From contig NW_021827588.1 of assembly GCF_006345805.1 (NCBI RefSeq), forward strand, positions 1-30,164: 30,164 nt of DNA, given 5' to 3'. The notes beneath the pieces are model-generated. The model was not told the origin of the DNA, ran no database searches, and saw only the letters and a list, made by a program, of their open reading frames with translations. Below are positions 21,617 through 30,164 of this stretch, piece by piece. Numbering within the stretch: the stretch's first letter is position 1; every line of letters starts with the position of its first letter. The position numbers were made by a program, and so were the translations under genes. The stretch comes from Octopus sinensis. Lineage: Eukaryota.

Positions 21617-21658
21617 CTTCGAGTCCAAAATAACTTTCAAAGAGATTTCTTCCAGAAA
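21617..21658 (-). other. Possible 42-nt symmetric exon
   Basis: Minus strand: tttttcagttgttttaattcttCAG | 42 nt | AAG/GTAAGT. Open in phase 0 (FLEEISLKVILDSK) and phase 1 (xSGRNLFESYFGLE). Confidence 0.25.
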
Positions 21659-21845
21659 CTGAAGAATTAAAACAACTGAAAAAGTCATCGTTTTTTCCAC
21701 TGTTTTTCATTTAAAGATGGCTTTCGTTACATCATCCTAAAGACAATGCCTAAGCCCATTCTACGGCAAAAAAACAACTTAACTAAACTATTCTTAACCT
21801 TTTGTACTTTTTGGTCAGAAACATTTTGGAGCTAAAGTAAACAAT

Positions 21846-21972
21846 CATCAAGATATCGACCTCTATTGATGTTTGGGAACTGGTCTGCCATTTCCGAAAG
21901 TATATATATTCAGACCAAATCAGCTACTTGTGCTGAAGCAGATCTTCCCATCGTGACATCAAAACCATCGGG
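21846..21972 (-). mobile_element. Penelope-like RT core fragment
   Basis: Minus strand PDGFDVTMGRSASAQVADLV*IYILSEMADQFPNINRGRYLDD resembles the PLE RT stretch FDVTMG..GAE..ELVG.Y.L...G.YRDD. Confidence 0.8.
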
Positions 21973-22004
21973 TGTGTCTTTATGGACCCACATTCATGGA
22001 CCAT

Positions 22005-22007
22005 ATA

Positions 22008-22040
<33 letters not shown>

Positions 22041-22080
22041 CATACACGCGCATACGTTCATGAATACACATATACACCAT

Positions 22081-22145
<65 letters not shown>
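22005..22145. repeat. (TA)n/(CA)n tract
   Basis: Direct reading. Confidence 0.9.
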
Positions 22146-22471
22146 CTCAGGGGGGGCGATTCCAGTCATCAGCGTCACACGGGCTCATCACAGTCTTCGT
22201 ATAAGACACATTTCTACTCGAAGAATTTCACGTTTTCGCGCTTTATTTCTAGCCCCAAATGGCTTATTTTCTTTACATCTAACACTATGTCTTTCTCCGT
22301 TTCTAAGTTAAAGATTAAAATAAAGCAACCCTGCAAAACACGACTGATCTTTGCGCACAGATGCACAGAGTAAGAGCAATGAAATTACGACAGCGGAGTG
22401 CACAAGCAAACATCAGCGATCTGACTGTCGCTTGTAATCTTGACAAGAGATGCCAGTTTGTCTTTTACACC

Positions 22472-23273
22472 TACCAGGCTCGTTCCTATTAGCCCGAGTT
22501 GCTGGATAATTTTCGTTTGGATCTTTTCTGTTTGAACGGCAGTTTTTTAAAGTAATTTCCACGTAACTAAACATTTTAAACTTCGTATACTGGTAGAATG
22601 TGTTTATAAAACATCTTTTTCTCTTGGCTTTATTGAAAAATTCTATAGTATGTAAGATATTTGTTGTTTTTTTTCTACAATTTCTGCGATTTCAACAATC
22701 AATGACGTCTATTGAGGTAAAAAAAACATTCTGTGCCGTATGAATATGTCCCTCGTTTAAGATTGGGTTTATTTACATTTCTGAAGAAAAAGATACCCTT
22801 CCCCACCCTAACCCTAACCCTAACTAACCCTAAAACATATCGAAATGCAATAGATCGATACTAGGGTCATAACTATGGGTGACATTTCATATAACGTTCC
22901 TTTAAGAATATTACAGAACGGAAACTTTTCATGGATTTGAATTTAAATATTAATCTCTCAAAAAATTTATAGTTTCAAGAAAATTTGTATTTGAATTAAT
23001 TTTAATTTTTACGATTATTGATAACACTCGGGCTGTAACTTCTGAGCCCGAGTCAGGCGCGTGTGAACGATGTCGAGAGAACGTCTACTACGAATGATAT
23101 TTTCTGACACAGACGGTGAACGAAAATAAACCAACAGCGACCAGGCTCAATAAAAGGAGCCCAAGTTATTGGCTGCAATTACATACTTGAAGTCAGTGTT
23201 GGCAGAAATCAGCTTATAAATAGACGTCCACCTTATTAAATTTATATTCGGGCTAAGCTCGAATGGCCCGAGT
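22472..23273. other. Four spaced palindromic sites, consensus (actcg/acca)GGCT-N10-AGCCCGAGT
   Basis: 22472-22499, 23026-23053 (perfect 9-bp arms), 23139-23166 and 23246-23273. Each has a 10-nt spacer of different sequence. Confidence 0.75.
22519..22895. mobile_element. MITE-like non-autonomous element with internal (CCCTAA)n; right end appears truncated
   Basis: Starts ggatcttttctgtttgaacggcagtttttt (TIR-like) and has CCCTAA repeats at 22806-22833. No matching right TIR seen. Boundaries rest partly on recollection of this repeat type. Confidence 0.55.
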
Positions 23274-23540
23274 GCCGGAGTCGCCATATATATTTATATA
23301 TATATATATATATATATATAATCAATACAAGCAACAAGGATATCCAAAGGTAGTGTAGTACAATCGTTTCATGCTACTTCATTTAATTAAACAATGTAAG
23401 TATTACATCAGATTTAAAATGTAAAGCACTCTTCAGCCACATATGGACCTTTTTAATTAAATTGACAATATTCATTTTTATACTTATTCCATTTAGACAG
23501 AGAGATAAATCTATCTATCTATCTATATATATATATATAT

Positions 23541-23618
23541 AATGGCGGTGCCCCAGCAGAATGGTGGTGCCCCAGCATGGTCACAGCTCGTGAGATGAAA
23601 CTAGATAAAATAAAAATA
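23541..23618 (+). mobile_element. SINE 3' tip with a short internal duplication
   Basis: atggcggtgccccagca occurs twice, then tggtcacagctc...tgaaactagataaaataaa. Confidence 0.6.
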
Positions 23619-23620
23619 AA

Positions 23621-23978
23621 ATCATCATCATTGTTTAATGTCCATTCTCCATGCTAGCATGGGTTGGACGGTTCGACCGGGGATCTGGGAAGCCAGAAGG
23701 CTGCACCAGGCTCCAGTCTTATCTGGCAATGTTTCTACAGCTGGATGCCCTTCCTAACGCCAACCACTCCGAGAGTGTAGTGGGTGCTTTTTACGTGCCA
23801 CCCGCACAGGTGCCAGGCGAGGCTGGCAACGGCCACGGTCGGATTGGTGCATTTTACGTGCCACCGGCACGGAAGCCAGTCGAGGCGGCGCTGGCATCGG
23901 CCACGAGTCGGATAGTGCTTTTTACGTACCACCAGACCAGGGGTCCTGGCTGGTTCAATTCGATTTCGATTCGAATTG
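23621..23978 (-). mobile_element. RTE LINE 3' UTR fragment with 3-unit array and (GAT)n tail
   Basis: Reverse-complement homolog of 17430-17799. Confidence 0.88.
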
Positions 23979-24012
23979 AATATATATAATATATATAAAA
24001 TAATATATATAT

Positions 24013-24770
24013 ATGAGAGAAATGCTGGACATAACAAGCATCGGATGTGGCATGCAAGAAAGAAGTTTGCGCTGGTATAGTCATGTACTCCGGATGGATG
24101 AGGAGAGATGTGCGAAGAAGTGCCACTCCCAAACAGTTGAAGGTATCCGGGGTAGAGGTAGACCCAGGAAGACATGGAATAAGGTGATCAAGCTTGATCT
24201 TCGAGCGTTGGGCCTCACAGAGGCAATGACGAAAGACCGAGACCTCTGGAGATATGCTGTGACAGCGAAGACCCGACAAATAACGTGAGGCTGTTTCCTG
24301 CACCAGCTTCACATAACAGCCCCAACCCATCGAAAATACCTTGGATCGCAGGACGGCCTACTGTGCTTACCTTGGATCGTAGGGTGACCTGCTGTGCTTG
24401 AGGAGACCTACTGAGTCAAGTACATCAACATCGAAATAAAAATCAAATGGAATTGTAGTTGTGATACCCGTGCCAGTGGCACATACAAAACACCATCTCA
24501 ACGAGGCTGATGCCACCGCCGTCTTGACTGGCTTCCGTGCTGGGGCACATAAAAAGCACCAACCGATCGTGACCGTTGCCAGCCTCCTGGGGTACCTGTG
24601 CTGGTGGCACGTAAGAGCGCCCTCTAAACTCAGAGTGGTTGGCGTTAGGAAGGGCATCCAGTTGTAGAGACAATACTGATCAGATTGGAGCCTGGTGCAG
24701 CCTCCTGGCTTCCCAGAGACGGTCGAACCGTCCAACCCATGCTAGCATGGAAAACTGACGTTAACGATGA

Positions 24771-24774
<4 letters not shown>
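24013..24774 (+). mobile_element. 5'-truncated RTE LINE (ORF C-terminus, 3' UTR, (GAT)n tail)
   Basis: LRWYSHVLRMDEERCAKK...VEGIRGRGRPRKTW...DRDLWR, the typical RTE C-terminus, ending at 24288. The UTR ends gttaacgatgatgat. Confidence 0.92.
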
Positions 24775-24801
<27 letters not shown>

Positions 24802-24815
24802 CTAGTATATGGTGT

Positions 24816-24862
<47 letters not shown>

Positions 24863-25312
24863 ATTTCTGTGTGTATGTATGTGGTATGTTGTATGTATTA
24901 TGTATGTATGTATGTATATATGTATTATGTATGTATTATGTATGCGTGTATGTACGTATGTACGTCTGTATATACGTATGCATGTACGTATGTATGTATG
25001 TATGTGTATGTATGTATGTATGTATGTATGTATGTATGTCTGTATGTACGTAGAATGTACGTAAGTATGTACGTATGTATGTATGTATGTACGTATTATG
25101 TATGTATGTATGTACGTATGTACGTATGTATTGTATGTGTATGGTATGTATTATGTATGTATGTAGTAAGAATGTACGTAAGTATGTATGTATGTATGTA
25201 TGTACGTATTATGTATGTATGTATGTACGTATGTACGTATGTATATACGTATGCATGTACGTATGTACGTATGTATGTATGTATGTATGTGTGTGTGTGT
25301 GTGTGTGCGTGT
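24775..25312. repeat. (TA)n, (TATG/TACG)n and (TG)n compound microsatellite
   Basis: Direct reading. Confidence 0.95.
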
Positions 25313-25334
25313 ATTGTGGCTTTGTGTGTGTGTC

Positions 25335-25498
25335 TGTTGTTTACGTTTATCTCCATGTGACTTAGCGGTTCGCTATAAAAGGCCAATAAAATCTACCAGA
25401 CAAAAATGAGAAATAACTGGTGTCAATTTCTTAGATTAAAATTCTTCAATGCGTTGCCCCAGCGTGGCCGCAGTCTAATAACTGAAAAAGTGAAAAAA
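25335..25498 (+). mobile_element. Degraded 3' half of the CORE-like SINE
   Basis: gacttagcggttcgc...gccccagcgtggccgcagtctaataactgaaa. Confidence 0.7.
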
Positions 25499-25742
25499 CT
25501 ACAAAATTCCTTGGTAACACTTTAAACTAAGGGACATAACTCTTGTACCTCCCACTGTGGCTTTATCTGCTAGAAATAGCAGCCAAAATGGTTTTAAGCC
25601 AGATCCCAATGCTGTGTCTTCAACACCCAAATGAAGAGCAGAGTTTCAATCCTGGGATCATCCTGATTCCAAAAGGGTAGAATATGTCTATGTAGACTGA
25701 GGGACAGGGGTCACAGGCACAAGGGAATTTCGCTTTTATTAA

Positions 25743-26574
25743 GGCGTGAGCTGGCAGAAACGTTTGCACGCCGGGCGAAATGCTTAGCAGTATTTCGTCT
25801 GCCGTTACGTTCTGGGTTCAAATTCCGCCGAGGTCGACTTAGCCTTTCATTCTTTCGGGGTCCATTAAATAAGTACCAGTTACGCACTGGGGCCGATATA
25901 ATCGATTTAATCCGTTTGTCTGTCCTTGTTTGTCCTCTCTGTGTTTAGCCCCTTGTGGGTAGTAAAGAAATAGGTATTTCGTCTGCCGTTACGTTCTGAG
26001 TTCAAATTCCGCCGAGGTCGACTTTGCCTTTCATTCTTTCGGGGTCCATTAAATAAGTACCAGTTACGCACTGGGGTCGATATAGTCGACTTAATCCGTT
26101 TGTCTGTCCTTGTTTGTCCTCTCTGTGTTTAGCCCCTTGTGGGTAGTAAAGAAATGGGTATTTCGTCTGCCGTTACGTTCTGAGTTCAAATTCCGCAGAG
26201 GTCGACTTATAGCATTTCAACTTTCGGGGTCCATTAAATAAGTACAGTTACGCACTGGGGTCGATATAGACGACTTAATCCGTTTGTCTGTCCTTGTTTT
26301 GTCCTCTCTGTGTTAGCCCCTTTGGGGTAGTGTAGTAAGAAATAGGCTTCATCTGCCGTACGTTCTGGGTTCATTCCGCAGAGGTCGACTTTGCCTTTCA
26401 TCCTTCGGAGTCGATAAATTAAGTACCAGCTACGCACGGGGGTCGATACAGACGACTTAATCCGTGTTGTCTGTCCTTGTTGGTCCCTTGTGGGTAGTAA
26501 AGAAATAGGTATTTCGTCTGCCGTTACGTTCTGAGTTCAAATTCCGCCGAGGTCGACTTTGCCTTTCATCCTTT
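25743..26574 (+). mobile_element. tRNA-derived SINE with its body tandemly repeated (one head, four full ~184-bp units and one partial)
   Basis: Unit starts (gtatttcgtctgccgttacg) at ~25790, 25974, 26158, ~26346 and 26509. The central domain ggtcgactttgcctttcatcctttcggggtcgataaattaagtaccag resembles the Meta-type SINE domain (recalled, unverified). Confidence 0.92.
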
Positions 26575-26590
26575 GGATGTTATAATATAC

Positions 26591-26639
26591 CACTCACCGG
26601 TAAAATTCCCACTTTTTTCTTATTTTTATGTACTTGCAA

Positions 26640-26674
<35 letters not shown>

Positions 26675-26763
26675 TACATATATATATATATAGGATGCAA
26701 AGACACAACGCAAAATTTTAGGACAATTAAAAATAAGAAAAAAGTGGGAATTTACGGTGAGTG
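26591..26763. repeat. Imperfect inverted repeat centred on (TA)n
   Basis: cactcaccggtaaaattcccacttttttcttattttta (26591-26628) versus taaaaataagaaaaaagtgggaatttacggtgagtg (26728-26763). Inner arms tgtacttgcaacctata / tataggatgcaaagaca. Confidence 0.9.
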
Positions 26764-26944
26764 TTTACATAATAAGGCACAAAAAGAAAATGATTCTCTC
26801 CAGACACAACAGAATTATTGAACTTCAGTATTACAACAAACAAAAAAATAGAGAAACACATTTTCTTATGCGAATATAGTGGTGCGTTGACAATTTCAAT
26901 TTAAAGTTTTATTCATTCTGCAAATCTGTTCCGTTGATCCCATG

Positions 26945-27225
26945 CTAAAAACGTCTTCCTAGGACATGGTTTGAGTTTTACCTGTAGGGGGGAAAATGAT
27001 TTAAAATTTGTCTTGTCCCCACTCTGGAACCCCAGGATATGTCTGTGTGAAAAAAACAAGCTTCTCTAATTGCAAAGAAGTAACTTGAATGTCTGATCTT
27101 GGTACTTATCAATGGACATCGCAAGAGACTGACGTATTGGAAATTGAAGTCGTTTGAGTTCGAAGGGAATATTTGAGGGTATTAAACTTAAGTGAGGCAT
27201 AAATATATCGTCACCTTTCCAAAGA
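26945..27225 (-). mobile_element. Helitron PIF1-type helicase C-terminal fragment (pseudogene)
   Basis: KGDDIFMPHLSLIPSNIPFELKRLQFPIRQSLAMSIDKYQDQTF...GSRVG...GKT matches IP.I.LIP...PF.FKRLQFP.R..FAM.INKSQGQT...SRVG. Confidence 0.92.
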
Positions 27226-27351
27226 CAAAAAAATATTCTGGCTTCTATGATATTTCTCGTTAATTTTTTGGATTTTCTTGGTTATTGTCTGCTATTCATA
27301 CAGGCGCACAAGAAGTGTATGACACAACACATACTTGTGTTAATACTTCTC

Positions 27352-27357
27352 TGTCTG

Positions 27358-27390
<33 letters not shown>

Positions 27391-27443
27391 TATCTATCTA
27401 TCTATTCTATCTATCTATCTAACTATCTATCTATCTTCTCTCT

Positions 27444-27479
<36 letters not shown>

Positions 27480-27630
27480 ACTATCTATCTATCTATCTCT
27501 CTTTCTATCATCTTATCTATCTATCTATCTCTTCTATCTCTTATCTATCTATCTTATATATTATCTATCTATCTATCTATCGATCTATCATCTATCTATC
27601 TACTATCTATCTATCTTTCTATCTATATAT
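27352..27630. repeat. (TATC)n microsatellite
   Basis: Direct reading. Confidence 0.95.
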
Positions 27631-28094
27631 ACTAAGGAAGTTGAGAGTAGAGAGCAAGTTTGTCTAGCGATGTTTAAAAAAGATGGGTGAATGTAGCACA
27701 GAATGGCACGTATGAATGACGAAGCCACCTTGAGCATAATCCTATGAAACCAGAAATTGAAAACAGAGATTTGCTTATTTGCAAAAAAAAAAAAAAAAAA
27801 AAATATAAATGTGACTCATTGACCGTGGTCTTTCCGTAGGCTTTTCTTTCCACGGGTAAACCTCACCTGTCCTCCCCTTTACACTTCATATTGACATTTC
27901 TGTGATAACGATCCCTAGTGATCAATTTTTTTTTCCTCTCATCCCTTTTTTAACCCCCCCTTTTTGTCCTCTTTCTCTCCTTTTACGATCTTTTGATCGA
28001 AACTCCCCCCTTCTTTTTTTTTTAAACCTTCAGAAAAGCTTACCTTGTAATTTGTTCATCTGTGTGCAGCCCTGTGTGGCTAATAAAGAAACAA

Positions 28095-28245
28095 TCATCT
28101 ATCTATCTAATCTATCTATCTAACTATCTATCTATCATCTATCTATCTATCTATCTATCTATCTCTCTATCTATCTATCTGTATATATACATATATGTTG
28201 TGCGAGGAGAGAGAGAGAGAGGGAGAGAGAGAGAAAGAGAGAGAA
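28095..28245. repeat. (TATC)n then (GA)n
   Basis: Direct reading. Confidence 0.9.
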
Positions 28246-28611
28246 ATATAACTATAGATACAGGTACCAAAAAAATACCTTAGGAATGTGAACTCAATTC
28301 CCCAAGACACCTGATGAAGGCTGGAGGGTATACAAAATAACATCTAGAATTATTCCTTGCGTATATAAAACGACGTGAGGTTTCGAATGAAATGGGTTCG
28401 TTTTTCGCTTGCGAAGGGGACACGAGCATTGACGCATCAACAGCCACACATACGCATGCAATTTCCTGCTGATACTTTAACAATTAAACATCAACTAGCT
28501 TATAATTTACATTTAATTACACGCCACAACTATATAAAGTAATAACAATATCTAGTACAACCCTTTGTATTATTTTGTTTCAGATATGCGTGTCTGAGTA
28601 TATACACCTAT

Positions 28612-28811
28612 GTAGTATGTATGTATGTATGTATGTATGTATGTATGTATGTATGTATGTATGTATGTATGTATATATATATATGTATGTATGTATGATG
28701 ATGTATGATGTATGATGTATGTATGTATTATGAGTATGTATGTATGTATGTATAAAGATATAGATAAATAGATATATATTATATAGAGATACATATATAT
28801 ATATATATATA

Positions 28812-28853
<42 letters not shown>
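28612..28853. repeat. (TATG)n/(TA)n
   Basis: Direct reading. Confidence 0.95.
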
Positions 28854-28857
<4 letters not shown>

Positions 28858-29232
28858 ACTTGTTTCAGTCATTCGACTGCGGCCATGCTGGAGCACCAGC
28901 TTTAGTCGAGCAAATCGACCCCGGGACTTATTCTTTGTAAGCCCAGTACTTATTCTATCGGTCTCTTTTGCGAACCGCTAAGTGACGGGACGTACACACA
29001 CCAGCATCGGTTGTCAAGCAATGGTAGGAGGACAAACACAGGACACACAAACACACACAACATATATATATTGTACATGTATACGATAGGCTTCTTCAGT
29101 TTCCGTCTACCAAATCCACTCAAAAGGCTTTGGTCGGCCTGGGGATATAGCAGAAGACACTTGCCCAAGACCACGCAGTGGGACTGAACCCAGAACCATG
29201 TGGTTGGTAGCAAGCCCACTGCCACTCCAGCG
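28854..29232 (-). mobile_element. Near full-length tRNA-derived SINE with CORE-like domain
   Basis: Reverse complement: tggagtggcagtggg (A box), gggttcagtccc (B box), cttgggcaagtgtcttctgc (CORE-like), an internal (TG)n, and the 3' end gctccagcatggccgcagtcgaatgactgaaacaagtaaaa. Confidence 0.9.
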
Positions 29233-29284
29233 ACTATGTTTTATATATTATTGCCTAAACTGGCAAAACGACCATTCCGAATTA

Positions 29285-29410
29285 TAAACCATATATATAA
29301 TGTATACATATATGGTTGTATGTATATATATATATAAATATATACATATATATATAGGTATGTATATATATGTATGTATATATGATATATATTATATATA
29401 TTACATATAG

Positions 29411-29471
<61 letters not shown>

Positions 29472-29650
29472 TATATATATATATATATCTATATGTAATA
29501 TATATAATATATATTATATGTATATATATATATATATATAATATATATGGTATATAATTTTATATATATATATATATATCAATATATATATATATCTTAT
29601 ATATATATATATATATAGTAATCATATACATATATATATTATATATAATA
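29285..29650. repeat. (TA)n-rich tract
   Basis: Direct reading. Confidence 0.93.
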
Positions 29651-29651
29651 T

Positions 29652-29700
29652 AACAATTGCAGCGTGGAAGGCTTATAAAACCTTCCACGTTGCAATTGTT
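29652..29700. repeat. 20-bp-arm hairpin with 9-nt loop
   Basis: aacaattgcagcgtggaagg cttataaaa ccttccacgttgcaattgtt. One non-Watson-Crick pair (G.T). Confidence 0.95.
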
Positions 29701-29756
29701 TTAGTTCCAGCACACAATCTCAGATCAAGTCAATCGCTATACAAGTAACATCTCAG

Positions 29757-29915
29757 TAATATATATAAATAAAATATATGTACATATATAACTATATATT
29801 ACATATATACATATATATGTACATATATAGATACATACATATATATACATATATAGATACATACATATATATACATATATATATATAATATATGTATATG
29901 TATATGTATATATAC
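29757..29915. repeat. (TA/TACA)n tract
   Basis: Direct reading. Confidence 0.9.
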
Positions 29916-30164
29916 ACATTCCTTAAATCGTAGTCTTCGTTTCTACTGGGGGCTCTTTCCATAAAGAAGTTTAGCATATAGCATCTGTTTAGGGATCCTC
30001 TGATCATTAATCTAAAGAAAATGTCCAGTCCATCATTATACTCTGTGCTTTTATAATTTGACAATTTCAACCTCTCTTCTCTGGGCAACAAATTTTCCTT
30101 TTGATGCTTTTAAAATATGAAAATTACTTTGACAGTCATTGACCAGAACAAGATGAAGATCTCA
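29916..30164 (-). mobile_element. Old RTE/BovB-like LINE fragment (post-RT C-terminal region)
   Basis: Minus strand WTGHFL*INDQRIPKQMLYAKLLYGKSPQ*KRRLRFKE resembles RW.GHV.RM.D.R.PKQ.LY.EL..GKR..G....RFKD. Confidence 0.8.

Noticed and set aside
22806-22833. True telomere or chromosome-fusion scar
   Set aside because: Only about 4 units, embedded in a TE-like sequence.

Overview
AT-rich, repeat-saturated eukaryotic genomic DNA. It most resembles an octopus/coleoid cephalopod, which is an inference from the SINE families and the very dense (TA)n, (AAT)n, (TATG)n and (TATC)n tracts. There is no intact protein-coding gene, rRNA, tRNA or CRISPR array, and most ORF-track entries are microsatellite read-through. 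Recognisable content: two near-identical 5'-truncated R4/Dong-type non-LTR retrotransposons embedded in (AAT)n (10737-12300, 13012-14575); a decayed Mutator (MULE) transposase with a FLYWCH domain; two Penelope-like fragments; two Helitron fragments; four RTE LINE pieces; an L1/Tx1-like ORF1 pseudogene with a CCHC knuckle; many tRNA-derived SINE pieces, including a head-to-tail array of about 184-bp units; and a MITE-like element carrying (CCCTAA)n. A few weak host-exon candidates exist (+ strand 350-380 and 3088-3140; - strand 5519-5651 and 21617-21658). I did not find a convincing new biological system. The least-explained signals are four spaced palindromes with an invariant 10-nt spacer (22472-23273), the structure-conserving ~63-bp double-hairpin array in RTE 3' UTRs, the tandem R4/Dong duplication and the SINE concatemer. 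Family assignments come from recalled motifs, not database searches.
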